Virus record (IMG/VR): IMGVR_UViG_3300042691_047443
Location: 12,490 to 76,489 of that record
Source of the DNA: a virus
Direction: 5' to 3' (one strand)
Length of the DNA stretch: 64,000 bases
In this document: piece after piece, positions 27,981 through 38,506 of the stretch
How positions within the stretch are numbered: the stretch's first letter is position 1
How the letters are laid out: each line of letters starts with the position of its first letter
The notes under the pieces: generated by a model
What the model was told of the DNA's origin: nothing
The model's input: only the letters and a program-made list of their open reading frames with translations
Databases searched by the model: none
Translations under genes and position numbers: made by a program

Positions 27981-28349
27981 TCAATATCCATTTTCAATCC
28001 TATCAAAATTTTTGACGCCTTTTTGCATGTATGCATGATACATTTCGTCAAGACTCACACCTGATGCAATCACAATCTCAAAGAAAAAATGCAGAGAATC
28101 AATAAGTTCCTCTAAATACGCATCTTTATCGAGGTCATTGACCTCTGTTGCACGGTGAGTTTTACTGTTCTTAAGCTCCTGATTTGCCTCGAATAATTCA
28201 CCCATGCACTCATAGGTGATGCTCTTCAGGAACTTTTGTCCAGCCTTTGAGCGAATGTCGACTGGGAACTCTGGAAATCCTCTCTTTTTCTTTAGAAGAT
28301 TCATGAACTCCAGTTGCTGGTTCCACATTTCTTGTAATTTGTCCTGCAT
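27981..28349 (-). CDS. All-alpha NTP pyrophosphatase (dimeric dUTPase/dCTPase/MazG-like)
   Basis: ELFEA..ELK..K.H, EELIDSLHF, YMQK..KNFDR...GY. Confidence 0.8.
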   Translation of the reverse strand: MQDKLQEMWNQQLEFMNLLKKKRGFPEFPVDIRSKAGQKFLKSITYECMGELFEANQELKNSKTHRATEVNDLDKDAYLEELIDSLHFFFEIVIASGVSLDEMYHAYMQKGVKNFDRIENGY

Positions 28350-28358
28350 AATTATCTC

Positions 28359-28613
28359 TCAGGAGTCAAAAAGAAATGTTGTGCTTTCTGCTCTCTTGTT
28401 TTGAAGAGAGTCTGCTTCCTGCAGCAACTTTTCATGATGTTCACGCACCCTCTTTGCATATTCTGCGGTCAACTCAAGCTCATGAGAGTCATCGACGCTA
28501 TGCACGGGCTCAACTTCAATCTGCCTCATAAGATCCACAACATCAACGCCCAGAAGCATTCCCTCTTGGACGATCTGCGCAATTCTACCAATCACATTAT
28601 CGCTAAACTTCAT
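28359..28613 (-). CDS. Hypothetical protein
   Basis: 84-aa ORF with AGGAG RBS. Confidence 0.65.
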   Translation of the reverse strand: MKFSDNVIGRIAQIVQEGMLLGVDVVDLMRQIEVEPVHSVDDSHELELTAEYAKRVREHHEKLLQEADSLQNKRAESTTFLFDS

Positions 28614-28625
28614 TTTAACTCCTTA

Positions 28626-29285
28626 TCATTCAAATGGCGGACAGGTGCTACCGTCTTCCAGGATCAACCCATGAGCCCGAAGACTAAGATCAAACTTACC
28701 AGTGTCACGAACACACTCCAGCATTTTATACGCAACCTCTCTGATCTCCAACTGCGCATGCTTCGAGTACCTCAATTGCAAAAAATGGACAAAGCTTCTA
28801 AAATTAAACATAACATCAGCTGTCAGCTGAACACCGTATGGAAGATAAAGTCGAGCTGATTCTTTGGCACGCTTTCTTGGTAAACCCTTGTCAATCAGGC
28901 GCTGAAGCGTCTCATGATAATTCTTAAGAGAAAGATTCAAGTGCTCAATGTATCGAGTCTTCTCTTCATCGTCCCAATCAACAGGAACATAAAACTTGTC
29001 ATCCTTCAACTCCTTATAACGAGCTGACTCACCGTTAAGAGACACACCTGCTCGATGCTTGATAAGGTGAATGTGGGAAGCAATGTCGGTGGTGACAAGA
29101 AAATGGATGCTCGACTTTTCAAACGGCGTTCCGTGATTGTCACGAGCCAACATATTTAAGAGATTACCAATCCTGGAACGTTTTTCGTCGGTTAGGTCTC
29201 TTGAGGTGGAGGTCCATGCTGAAAGAGCATGAGTTTCATCTCCGCCATAAAATCCAATCAACTCTACTTTATTTTCATTCAGCAT
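28626..29285 (-). CDS. thyX: Flavin-dependent thymidylate synthase
   Basis: HGTPFE, KHRAGVSLNGESARY, ESARLYLP, NFRS, LRYSKHAQLEIR. Confidence 0.92.
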   Translation of the reverse strand: MLNENKVELIGFYGGDETHALSAWTSTSRDLTDEKRSRIGNLLNMLARDNHGTPFEKSSIHFLVTTDIASHIHLIKHRAGVSLNGESARYKELKDDKFYVPVDWDDEEKTRYIEHLNLSLKNYHETLQRLIDKGLPRKRAKESARLYLPYGVQLTADVMFNFRSFVHFLQLRYSKHAQLEIREVAYKMLECVRDTGKFDLSLRAHGLILEDGSTCPPFE

Positions 29286-29291
29286 GTGTGC

Positions 29292-29320
29292 ATATTACAA
29301 TATGCAATGGTTTTGTTCAA
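29292..29320 (-). promoter_or_regulatory. Sigma70-like promoter, leaderless, for thyX
   Basis: TTGAAC-N17-TAATAT-N6-ATG. Confidence 0.6.
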
Positions 29321-29580
29321 GATTTGTGCATGAATGACCAAATTTTCCCTTCAATTGTGTCGAACAATTCTTTTTTTAGGTCTTCAAGCATTTCATTAGC
29401 ATTGTCATGCAACTGTCTTGCCTCTAGCGGACTCTGCGACTTGAGTTGGATGTACCTTTTTATGTGACCTTCAACCTTAGAAGCGCAGTCTTCCACAACT
29501 TCTCTTACCATAAACTCAGGAACACCACGCATGTATTCTTCTGCAATGATGCTCCTGAGATTTTTTGCCGTGAGTTTCAT
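29317..29580 (-). CDS. Small leader-bearing protein
   Basis: True start is likely MKLTAKNLRSIIAEEY at 29580, which removes the overlap with nrdA. Confidence 0.7.
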   Translation of the reverse strand: MKLTAKNLRSIIAEEYMRGVPEFMVREVVEDCASKVEGHIKRYIQLKSQSPLEARQLHDNANEMLEDLKKELFDTIEGKIWSFMHKS

Positions 29581-29593
29581 GACAATATATAGT

Positions 29594-31933
29594 TTATGCG
29601 CTGCAAACCTGACACTCTTCAGGATTTTCTGTTGAACGAACGACGTCATCTGCATCACCGTGTTTGTCTTCCACGGTAATTGCCTTAGCATTTGATGCAG
29701 GCTTTGAACGCAGGTAATACATTCCTGTCTTTAACCCCTTTTGCCAGGCGTAAAAGTGCATAGAATTGACAGACCCAACTGTCGGCGATGCAATAAAGAG
29801 GTTCATAGATTGAGACTGACAGACGTACACTCCTCTGTCTGCAGCTTGATCAATGATGGGCCTCATGGACATTTCCCACACAGTCCGATACCTTTTACGA
29901 ATGTTCTCAGGAATAGTTGTGATAAATTGTATTGACCCTCCATGCTTGACAATTTCGTTCTTTATGTCTTCGTTCCAAAGTTTAAGTGCAATGAGATCGT
30001 TAACAAGATGTCTGTTCACGACGACAAATTCGCCAGACAGGACTCGTCTCACATAAATGTTTGAAGTGAACGGTTCAAAACACTCGTTGTTACCCAATAT
30101 CTGAGACGTTGACGCAGTAGGCATCGGAGCAAGCAACAGGGAGTTACGAAGCCCAGTCTTTGCAATTTTCCCCTTCAACGCATCCCAATCAAGCGTTGAA
30201 TGAGGCGACACTCCCCACATGTCAAATTGCAACTGACCTTGAGACACCGGACTGCCTTCGTAAGAATCATATGTTCCATCACGTTCCGCAAGGTCAGAAG
30301 AGGCCTCAAGTGCACCATAATAAATATTAGCAAAGATCCTCTTATTGACTTCCTCGGCGTCTCGAGAATCAAAGTCCATCTTCATCATGGCATATACGTC
30401 AGCAAGCCCCTGAACACCAATTCCTATCGGGCGGTGCTTAAGATTAGAGACCTTGGTCTCGGGGGTCGGATAAAAGTTCCTATCTATAACCTTATTCAAA
30501 TTATGGGTGACCTCATATGCCGTCTTCTTGAGCGACTCGTAATCAATTCTGGAGTCTACTACAAACTTTGGAAGGGCAATTGACGCCAGATTGCACACTG
30601 CAGTTTCATCCGGTGATGAAAACTCCATGATCTCCGTACAGAGATTTGAGGATTTGATCGTGCCCAGGTTGTTCTGATTGCTCTTCGCATTTGCGGCATC
30701 CTTGTACAGGATGTAAGGTACGCCAGTTTCCATCTGCGCAGTTAGAATCTTGAGCCACAGGTCTCTTGCCTTTACTTGACGAACAAAGCGACCTTCACTT
30801 TCATATTTTGTGTACAAAGAATCAAATGCATCTCCCCAAACCTCTGAAAGGCCAGGGCATTGGTGTGGACACATCAGCGACCAGTCTTCATCATTTTGAA
30901 CCCTTCGCATGAATAGATCAGGCGTCCATAGGGCGTAAAACAGATCCCGCGCCCTCATCTCTTCCTTGCCATGGTTCTTCTTCAAGTCAAGAAAGTCTTC
31001 AACGTCAGAGTGCCAAGGTTCAAGATAGACGGCAAACGCGCCCTTGCGTTTTCCTCCTTGGTTAACGTACCGAGCAACTTCGTTCAAGACCTTGATCATT
31101 GGAACAACGCCATCAGACATGCCCCCGGTCCCATTTATCAGGGTTCCTTTTGCACGTAAGTCATGAATGTGTAGACCGATACCTCCAGCCCACTTTGAAA
31201 TGTGGGCAGTCTGCTTGTACGTGCTAAAGATACCATCGATTGAATCATCGGCAAGGCTTTGCAAGAAACAACTTGCCATCTGAGGTCGCGGAGTTCCAGC
31301 GTTAAATAAGGTCGGAGTTGCGTGTATGTATTTACCCGTACTTAACCCTTCATAACACTTGATTGTAGACTCGATATCGTCACCATGAATTCCCAATGCG
31401 ACACGCATCCAGAGAAATTGAGGCGTCTCAGCAACCTGACCGTTAACAAGCTTCAGGTAACCTTTTGCGAGGGTTGTAAGCCCAAAATAGTCAAAATTCC
31501 TATCTCTATCGTGAATAATTGCGCGATCAATGTGCTCTGCGTGCTTTGGATTTAAAGCAATGTTGACAAGTTCATCACTCACAAGAGGAGAATGTCTACC
31601 CGTGACAGTGTCAATATTATCATAAAGCCTGACTACGTTTTCAGAAAAACTCACGGGTATTGTCTTTTGCCATCTTGTGACCAAGACTCGACCAGCAAGA
31701 TAAGAATAGTCAGGATGAATTGTCACCATCCTTGCCGCTTCTTGCGCGATGATATTGTCAATTTCTGCTGTTGTGATCCCATCAACAATAGACTCCGCAA
31801 CTCGACGAGTGACCTCCGTTGCGACTACATACCTTTCATCGAGGTCTTTGCACAATCTTTTGATGCGTTGAGTGATCTTATCGAACTTAATTTCTTCTGA
31901 CTTTCCATTACTTTTGACGACACAGTGACGCAT
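29594..31933 (-). CDS. nrdA: Class Ia ribonucleotide reductase alpha subunit with ATP cone
   Basis: VVKSNG ATP cone, TPTLFNAG, SCF, SNLCTE, APMPTAS, C-terminal CQVCSA. Confidence 0.97.
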   Translation of the reverse strand: MRHCVVKSNGKSEEIKFDKITQRIKRLCKDLDERYVVATEVTRRVAESIVDGITTAEIDNIIAQEAARMVTIHPDYSYLAGRVLVTRWQKTIPVSFSENVVRLYDNIDTVTGRHSPLVSDELVNIALNPKHAEHIDRAIIHDRDRNFDYFGLTTLAKGYLKLVNGQVAETPQFLWMRVALGIHGDDIESTIKCYEGLSTGKYIHATPTLFNAGTPRPQMASCFLQSLADDSIDGIFSTYKQTAHISKWAGGIGLHIHDLRAKGTLINGTGGMSDGVVPMIKVLNEVARYVNQGGKRKGAFAVYLEPWHSDVEDFLDLKKNHGKEEMRARDLFYALWTPDLFMRRVQNDEDWSLMCPHQCPGLSEVWGDAFDSLYTKYESEGRFVRQVKARDLWLKILTAQMETGVPYILYKDAANAKSNQNNLGTIKSSNLCTEIMEFSSPDETAVCNLASIALPKFVVDSRIDYESLKKTAYEVTHNLNKVIDRNFYPTPETKVSNLKHRPIGIGVQGLADVYAMMKMDFDSRDAEEVNKRIFANIYYGALEASSDLAERDGTYDSYEGSPVSQGQLQFDMWGVSPHSTLDWDALKGKIAKTGLRNSLLLAPMPTASTSQILGNNECFEPFTSNIYVRRVLSGEFVVVNRHLVNDLIALKLWNEDIKNEIVKHGGSIQFITTIPENIRKRYRTVWEMSMRPIIDQAADRGVYVCQSQSMNLFIASPTVGSVNSMHFYAWQKGLKTGMYYLRSKPASNAKAITVEDKHGDADDVVRSTENPEECQVCSA

Positions 31934-32901
31934 CAAAAATCTCCTTCCCAAGTTAAGGTCTGGGTTGCACCGTTCTTTACGCCTGCCTTGGCGTATTCAC
32001 TAACTCGTCTCTCAAAGAAGTTTGTCTTCCCTTCAAGACCTAACATCTCCATCCAAGGAAATGGATTCTTTACATTATATAATTTAGGACAACCCAGGTC
32101 AGTCAACAATCTGTCTGCAACAAACTCAATATAATTGGACATTGCGTCGGAGTTCATTCCGATCAGACTTACGGGCAAAGCTTCGCACACAAATTCTTTC
32201 TCGACTGCGACGGCATCCGAGATGATCTGCTGGATAGTTTCCACCGAAGGTTTGTTCTTGATGTGATTTCTAAAAAGCTTAATCGCAAAATCAGTGTGAG
32301 CGGCCTCGTCCCTACTGATGAGCTCATTGGAAAAGGTCAAACCTTTCATCCCAAGCCCCCTGTGCTTCAACCAGAATATCGCGCAAAATGAGCCGCTGAA
32401 GAATATACCCTCGACACATGCGAAGGCCAGAAGCCTATTCACGAATGGCGCGTCGGCATTCATCCACTTTAAAGCCCATTCTGCCTTCTTCTTCACGGCA
32501 GGAATGGTCTCTATGGCACGGAGCAACCGAAGCTTTTCCGTAGAGTCATTTATGTAGGTGTCAATCAACAGCGAGTAAGTTTCGCTGTGAATTGTCTCCA
32601 TAGCAGCCTGAAAGGTGTACGCGGCTCGTGCCTCTGGGTACTGGACCTCACTGGCAAAGCGGTAACACAGATTTTCATTTACGATACCATCGGATGCAGC
32701 AAAGAACGCGAGCACATGCTTGATGAAGTGACGTTCGTTGTCCTTCAACTTGAGCCAGTCATTTCTGTCCTCGGCAAGATCTATCTCTTCCGCGGTCCAA
32801 AAGGACGCCTCTTGTCGTTTGAACTCTTTCCAGAGATCATCGTGTACGATAGGATAAATGACAAACCTGTCTGGGTTGTGCTGAAGAATCGGTTCTTCCA
32901 T
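31933..32901 (-). CDS. nrdB: Ribonucleotide reductase beta subunit
   Basis: [46 protein letters not shown]. Confidence 0.97.
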   Translation of the reverse strand: MEEPILQHNPDRFVIYPIVHDDLWKEFKRQEASFWTAEEIDLAEDRNDWLKLKDNERHFIKHVLAFFAASDGIVNENLCYRFASEVQYPEARAAYTFQAAMETIHSETYSLLIDTYINDSTEKLRLLRAIETIPAVKKKAEWALKWMNADAPFVNRLLAFACVEGIFFSGSFCAIFWLKHRGLGMKGLTFSNELISRDEAAHTDFAIKLFRNHIKNKPSVETIQQIISDAVAVEKEFVCEALPVSLIGMNSDAMSNYIEFVADRLLTDLGCPKLYNVKNPFPWMEMLGLEGKTNFFERRVSEYAKAGVKNGATQTLTWEGDF

Positions 32902-32960
32902 AATTTCTCCAAATGAGACACGCATAACTATCTTCTTGCTCCCTATATGACAGGCAGATT

Positions 32961-34382
32961 TTAGACTTCACTTACTTTTGACATGCGCTTAGAGAATTCA
33001 GGATCATCGCGTAGTTCCTTCCATTTGAGCCTTAAGGCCTTTTTGACTTCATCTTCGTCTTCCTTTGCAGTCGCATCCAAAGACCCAGCACCCCCGATGA
33101 TTTCGAACCTACTACGAGCAGTGTCAATCTTTAGCGGAAAAACGAGACCGTCACGGCCGGCTCGATTCTTTGCAACATACAACCTACCAAAACCTGTGGA
33201 CTTTTCATGTGACTTACGAGAAATACCAACTACAATGTCTGCGACCTGTGCCTTTCCGTACGCTTCACTCATGTTGCTGAGATCCACGATGTCACTCTGC
33301 GAACCTTCCTTGTTGGACTGGGAAGCCGTCCAGATCGGAATACCTCTTTCACCCGCAAGACCACGAAGCTCTTCATAGATCAACTTCAACTCGTGCCGAA
33401 GAGAATCATACTGTCGCGTAGACCGCATGATGTCGGCATAATCGATGATGATAACGCCTGGTCTAAACCCCTTCACGTCAAGGCGTTCGATATGGCTTCT
33501 GAGCGTGTAGATGGACGCAGTATTAGTCGGAAACTCTTTGATGATAAGTCTTCCCAGCTTCATGTCCTTGTATTTCTCGAGCACCTGGTCTTTGTTGTCG
33601 ATGACAGTGTTCGAATCCATATCACAAAGATTCGAATCGTAACGAAGACCGATCGCAGATTCAGACAACTCAAAAGTATAATGAAGCACGTCAATGCCCT
33701 GCGTAAGAGCGTAGGCGCCCAGGTTGATCAAGAAGTGAGACTTTCCGACACCGGTCGGGGCGACGACGACACCGATTTCACCTGCCCCGAGGCCACCGTT
33801 GAAGATGTCTTTCTTGTCTAGCTCGCCGAGACCTGTAGGAACTGCGTTTCGCTGAAGCCGAGTGAACCTGCTCTCATAATCTGCAAAAAAGTCGTGACCG
33901 AGTTGGGGAGCTGTTCCAACCATGACAGCCTTCTTGATGCCATCCACGATAGACTCATACTTTTCAGCCTGAATCTGCTCGACTGCCTCCTCGAGGGCCT
34001 TCTTAAGGGCCTGCTTTTTGCAAAAGTCAAGAGACTTTTCACGGACATACTGGAGATCGCCAGGGTCTGGATTCGCTCGCATTCGCTGGAGATAATCCAC
34101 AATCTGGTCTCTGATGATCGTGTCGGTTCCAGTCTTCAGTTCATCACGAATGATGGTGAGAAGAAGCTGGAGAGTCGGGAAAACCTTATACTTTTTAGCA
34201 TAAGAGAAATACCGATCTGCCAAATATTGCAGATACTTCGGTTCAAAGTAACCCACTTCGAACACTTCAAGCATTTGCTCGGCATAGTGCTTGTCCACAA
34301 GAAATGCCTGAACAACTTTTTCTTGAAATGACTTTCCATAAGTGCCAAAAGACACTTTTGTGACAACTTTATCCTCGATCAT
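32961..34382 (-). CDS. Replicative DnaB/gp41-like helicase
   Basis: [24 protein letters not shown]. Confidence 0.93.
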   Translation of the reverse strand: MIEDKVVTKVSFGTYGKSFQEKVVQAFLVDKHYAEQMLEVFEVGYFEPKYLQYLADRYFSYAKKYKVFPTLQLLLTIIRDELKTGTDTIIRDQIVDYLQRMRANPDPGDLQYVREKSLDFCKKQALKKALEEAVEQIQAEKYESIVDGIKKAVMVGTAPQLGHDFFADYESRFTRLQRNAVPTGLGELDKKDIFNGGLGAGEIGVVVAPTGVGKSHFLINLGAYALTQGIDVLHYTFELSESAIGLRYDSNLCDMDSNTVIDNKDQVLEKYKDMKLGRLIIKEFPTNTASIYTLRSHIERLDVKGFRPGVIIIDYADIMRSTRQYDSLRHELKLIYEELRGLAGERGIPIWTASQSNKEGSQSDIVDLSNMSEAYGKAQVADIVVGISRKSHEKSTGFGRLYVAKNRAGRDGLVFPLKIDTARSRFEIIGGAGSLDATAKEDEDEVKKALRLKWKELRDDPEFSKRMSKVSEV

Positions 34383-35353
34383 TCATTCCTCGTGTTTTCG
34401 ATGTTTTCGATGCAATTGAAGGTCATCAAGAATTCCGCCACGTCGAAATCATTGACACCCTCTTTGATCAGGTTCTTGACAAGACCCATCCTATCCGCCC
34501 GGGGGACATATGTATCAATTAACGAATCTATCTTGGAGGCCTGATGAGGTGACAACATGCCTCCGTCAAGGTGAACAAGTTTCCAGTTTCTCCTTATTTC
34601 ATCCTTGGATTCTAGAATCCTCCTGTAGGAAACAGATTCATCTGAGTGTGAACCGCAGTAGTCAAATACATCCTGAAGAAGGATGTCATTCTCAAGGGAA
34701 AGAAACGGCAGAATTTTTGCAACTGTCTTAAACCCCAGTCCTTTGACGCCTGGGATGTTATCAGAGGGATCACCGCACAATGCCTTTGCAAGTGCAAAAT
34801 TTTTAGGCTGCACTCGAAATTCATTTACTACATCCTCTGTGGTAACATACGTCTTTTTGTGAAGATTATAGATCTTCGTTGTGTCGTCTAAAAGTTGATA
34901 CATGTCCTTGTCTGATGACACAATTATCTTGAGTCTGTCCTTGAATCTCCTGCGAGAGAGGTATGCGATGACGTCATCGCCTTCGCAATCGGAGACATAA
35001 AGTTGACATGCAGGAACTCCTTTCAACATGCCCAAAAGCGCTATGATTTGGTGTTTTTTGTTTTCGTCTGAGTCGGGAATGTCGTCTTCATAGAAACGAT
35101 TCAGTTTCTCGGGCTTTCTATTCATCTTGTATTCTGAATATAGGGCCCTGCGTTTCTGTGAACCCCCACCTTCCCAAGCAACATATATTGCTCGAGGACC
35201 TATTTCGTAGACAAGTCTGCGAAACGTTTTTAAAAAACCGATGCAACCTCCCATCTGGTAACCGTGAGACGACATCGTCGGATATGCGCTGTACGAACGT
35301 ACAAAGAGGTTCATCGCATCTACGATGAGAATCGGTCTTTCGTTGATTGACAT
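34379..35353 (-). CDS. 5'-3' exonuclease / flap endonuclease (RNase H-like)
   Basis: IVDAMN, YKMNR, EGDD, SSDKD, GDPSDNIPGVKG. Confidence 0.93.
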   Translation of the reverse strand: MSINERPILIVDAMNLFVRSYSAYPTMSSHGYQMGGCIGFLKTFRRLVYEIGPRAIYVAWEGGGSQKRRALYSEYKMNRKPEKLNRFYEDDIPDSDENKKHQIIALLGMLKGVPACQLYVSDCEGDDVIAYLSRRRFKDRLKIIVSSDKDMYQLLDDTTKIYNLHKKTYVTTEDVVNEFRVQPKNFALAKALCGDPSDNIPGVKGLGFKTVAKILPFLSLENDILLQDVFDYCGSHSDESVSYRRILESKDEIRRNWKLVHLDGGMLSPHQASKIDSLIDTYVPRADRMGLVKNLIKEGVNDFDVAEFLMTFNCIENIENTRNE

Positions 35354-35417
35354 GTAGCAGACCATAACATAAATGGTCGCTCAAGTACACCACGATGCAC
35401 ACGCAGGGAAAAAACAA

Positions 35418-35442
35418 AACCCACTGTGGTATTCAGTGGGTT
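35418..35442 (-). terminator. Rho-independent terminator
   Basis: AACCCACTG-N7-CAGTGGGTT hairpin plus T tract on the minus strand. Confidence 0.72.
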
Positions 35443-35450
35443 GAACATCA

Positions 35451-35789
35451 TTAGGGCCTGTGAACACTCACAGGGTGATGTCTTTCAACGTCGTCGATTT
35501 CCTCCCATCGACCCTCTTCGTCAAGCCAGTACTCTACATCGACTCCTTCTTTTTGACCAACGATCTGACCGTACACCACGTGATAGGAAAGCTTTGTGTC
35601 CACTGCAAGACCAGCAGAAGAAAGCAATTTGTGAGGAACCATCCTTGTGGGATCATTGTCGTATGCAACGATTATCTTAAATAATTTCATTCTATCGATT
35701 TTTGATTCTCTTACAGGAGACCCACGCCCTGTCGCCGCCCTGTATTCTTCAATAATGGCCTGTTTTAACTGTGAAAGTGTGATCTTCAT
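35451..35789 (-). CDS. Small leader-bearing protein
   Basis: MKITLSQLKQAIIEEY; ATATGTA 6 nt upstream. Confidence 0.7.
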   Translation of the reverse strand: MKITLSQLKQAIIEEYRAATGRGSPVRESKIDRMKLFKIIVAYDNDPTRMVPHKLLSSAGLAVDTKLSYHVVYGQIVGQKEGVDVEYWLDEEGRWEEIDDVERHHPVSVHRP

Positions 35790-35826
35790 ATGCAATACAT
35801 ATACACAAATCGTGCATTTTTTAAAA

Positions 35827-35849
35827 ATTGCCCCTACTGACGGGGCAAT
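35827..35849 (-). terminator. Rho-independent terminator after dut
   Basis: ATTGCCCC-N7-GGGGCAAT hairpin plus T run. Confidence 0.72.
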
Positions 35850-35852
35850 CAG

Positions 35853-36308
35853 TCACTTTCCGGTTGACCCAAATCCGCTAGCGGAACGTTTCGTGTTGGC
35901 AAGATCTGCCGCAGACACCTTGACAAAGATGACGCTGGGAATCTTCGAGAACACAAGCTGTGCCACCCTCATTCCCTTTTCTACGAGAAAATCGTTTTTT
36001 CCCATGTTTGCAAGAATGACCTTCACTTCTCCCCTGTAGTCGCTGTCAATCGTACCGACACCATTTAAAACAAAAATGCCTTCCTTGGCTGCCAGACCAG
36101 ATCTTGATCTGACTTGACATTCATAACCTTTGGGAATTTCCATCGAAAGTCCTGTCGGCACCGGCGCCCAACCTCCCTTTGGGATCCACGTATTTTCAGA
36201 GGCAGTGACATCGCAGCCCGCGGCACCGTGAGACTGGTAGCTTGGCTGCGTTTCTCCTGCGTACTTGACTGTAATAACGTTATCCTTGTAGTCGTCTACG
36301 TCAATCAT
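35853..36308 (-). CDS. dut: Trimeric dUTPase
   Basis: AAGCD, RSGLA, GTIDSDYRGE, AQLV, GFGSTG. Confidence 0.96.
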   Translation of the reverse strand: MIDVDDYKDNVITVKYAGETQPSYQSHGAAGCDVTASENTWIPKGGWAPVPTGLSMEIPKGYECQVRSRSGLAAKEGIFVLNGVGTIDSDYRGEVKVILANMGKNDFLVEKGMRVAQLVFSKIPSVIFVKVSAADLANTKRSASGFGSTGK

Positions 36309-37548
36309 CGGATGATTCCTCTTCATGTTCATCAAGTTCTGCTTCGAGTTCAGTGACACTACCTCCGTTGATTGTCAGGGCGCAGTCAACGATCTTGTCG
36401 ATGAATGGTTTGTGAGCCGGACTCTTCATCAGTTCTCCAAACTCACTCTTGTAGAATTTCTTCTCCAAAATAACTTCACCAGTTGACGCATCGCTGACAG
36501 TGAGATCCTTCCATGCTCCGGTTCCAGAGATAGATACCTCTACTTCACGAGTGACCTTCTTGTCATCGATCCATGACATGGTTGCCTTGTTCTTATCACA
36601 CCAAGCTCTACATTCATCAAAGATGTACTCGTATTCCACAATGCCCTTTCCAAAGTGGATGTCAAACTCGCACTTTCGGAATGGTGGGGCGACTTTGTTC
36701 TTTTTGAGAGAAACTGTCGTGTGAATACCTATGATGTTTCCCGCCTTATCCTTGATCGGATTTCCGCTACCGAGACGAATTCTCACGGAAGCGTGAAACG
36801 GAAGAGACTTTCCTCCTGGGCTGACAAGAGGATCGCCGTGCATCACGCCGATCGCTTCACGTAACTGATTGATGCAGATCAACGTTACGTTGTTTTGACC
36901 GATTACACCCGTGATCTTGCGGAATCCCTTACTTAACACTCGAGCCTGTAGGCCGACGGTGTTCTGATCGTAGTCGCCGTCTAGTTCTGCCTTTGGAGAC
37001 GTGGCTGCCACGGAGTCCCATATCACCAGGATAGGAACGTTCTTGTCCACGAGCTGCTTTGCCTTAGTGATGGTGCTTTCAATGATGGAAAACACCTCCT
37101 CAGTGCAGTGTGTATCGCAGTACACAAACCTCTTTGCCACGTCAATTCCCATGTGACGCAGTTTTTCTAGAGGTGTGGCATTTTCGGTATCAACGTAGAC
37201 GACCAGACCGCCTTGCGATTGTGTCACAGCTGCTGCATGATACGCAAGGTGCGACTTTCCTGAAGACGGAAGACCTGAAATCTCGATGATTCTGCCTTCG
37301 GGATAACCACCGCCAAGCGCATTTTTGATGGCGTAATTGAGTTGTATCGATCCGGTGTCTATCCATCGCTTGACGATGGTGGGAGCCTCATCTTCACTTA
37401 GGTTATAAGCCACCCTTTGCCCAAATTCCTTGTTTAACTGCTTGATAAGATCAGCAGTGAGATTGTCCATCTCATCACCGACCTTCTTTCTTGCAGATTT
37501 TTCAGGAACATCGACAGGAGCAGCAACCTTATTCGTTGCCTTTACCAT
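36301..37548 (-). CDS. recA: RecA/UvsX recombinase
   Basis: GRIIEISGLPSSGKS, DTEN, WDSVAA, INQLR, PGG, KNKVAPP. Confidence 0.95.
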   Translation of the reverse strand: MVKATNKVAAPVDVPEKSARKKVGDEMDNLTADLIKQLNKEFGQRVAYNLSEDEAPTIVKRWIDTGSIQLNYAIKNALGGGYPEGRIIEISGLPSSGKSHLAYHAAAVTQSQGGLVVYVDTENATPLEKLRHMGIDVAKRFVYCDTHCTEEVFSIIESTITKAKQLVDKNVPILVIWDSVAATSPKAELDGDYDQNTVGLQARVLSKGFRKITGVIGQNNVTLICINQLREAIGVMHGDPLVSPGGKSLPFHASVRIRLGSGNPIKDKAGNIIGIHTTVSLKKNKVAPPFRKCEFDIHFGKGIVEYEYIFDECRAWCDKNKATMSWIDDKKVTREVEVSISGTGAWKDLTVSDASTGEVILEKKFYKSEFGELMKSPAHKPFIDKIVDCALTINGGSVTELEAELDEHEEESSDD

Positions 37549-37564
37549 GTTTTTGTCCTTTGGT

Positions 37565-38407
37565 TCAATCGTCGTTCATCAGGTCTTCAAAGGCCTCGTC
37601 GAGTGTCTGCTTCCTTGACACAGGCGCAGTATCATCAACTGACGGCTTTGGTGGTTTTGCCACCGACTTTACATCATCAATGATGTCATCCAAGGATTCA
37701 CGGACCTGCGTATTACCTCTCGTTGTTCCTTCGTCTGAAACATTGGGAACAACATCACCATTCAACCAGGCATTGAGAATCGTCTCAATCTCCTCTCGAG
37801 ACTTGAGTCGATACATGTCATCAATATTGGGAACAGAGTCCATCCACTTCTTCACCATGGTAGGATCATCGTGGATCTTTGTAGGCCTTCCCTTACAGTC
37901 GACGACCGTGTCCTGAAACTGCTTTCCTGGAGGCTGCGTGATCGTGACCTTCAGATCAAAACCCTCGTTGGGGTCAAGGATGTCGCCGTAATCTTCATCG
38001 ATAAAAAAGCTGAGAAGGCGTTGGTAAACGATCTTGCCAAAAGACCAAACCATCGGTCCCTTATCTTCCTGACCACGAACAATGACTGGCGCATATGCGC
38101 GCATCTTAGACTGAAGCTGCTTTGCAAGCGTACGATCATCTGGCTTGCCCGAACTGTAAAGCTTGCGAATCAGATCATCAATCGGATCTGGCTTACCGAA
38201 CTGCTTGGGGGCAAGAATACCTGCGTTATTACCGATGTAATAGAACCATCGCTCAACAAAGGGCTGTCCTTCAACCGAGTTCTTCCAGGGAAGACAACGA
38301 ATCTTGTATTCTCCTACCCCCGGCTTCCACAGCTGGACGTTGGAAGTCTTCTTAACACCACTAAGTTCCGCCATGCGGCGACGAATTGCCTCTAGATCAA
38401 CTGCCAT
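37565..38407 (-). CDS. gp32-like single-stranded DNA-binding protein
   Basis: LWKP...IRCLP, WSFGK, DILDPNEGFDL, acidic tail LDEAFEDLMNDD; adjacent to recA. Confidence 0.82.
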   Translation of the reverse strand: MAVDLEAIRRRMAELSGVKKTSNVQLWKPGVGEYKIRCLPWKNSVEGQPFVERWFYYIGNNAGILAPKQFGKPDPIDDLIRKLYSSGKPDDRTLAKQLQSKMRAYAPVIVRGQEDKGPMVWSFGKIVYQRLLSFFIDEDYGDILDPNEGFDLKVTITQPPGKQFQDTVVDCKGRPTKIHDDPTMVKKWMDSVPNIDDMYRLKSREEIETILNAWLNGDVVPNVSDEGTTRGNTQVRESLDDIIDDVKSVAKPPKPSVDDTAPVSRKQTLDEAFEDLMNDD

Positions 38408-38506
38408 ATTGATTCCTATTCCTCTTCCTCTTTGAGTTAGGTTTGCCCACACCCTGTGGGTATCCCCAACTTAAATTCAATTCCGCTGATAGTTCAAGTT
38501 TAAAAT

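Noticed and set aside
29581-29691. ORF-track N-terminal extensions (also 48461-48628, 6459-6547, 38408-38452)
   Set aside because: They overlap upstream genes or regulatory elements; downstream ATGs with RBS, promoter or leader motifs are better starts
18317-37548. Inteins or introns in dnaE, nrdA, helicase or recA
   Set aside because: Lengths are near normal, with no C...HN(C/S/T) splice motifs or frame interruptions seen
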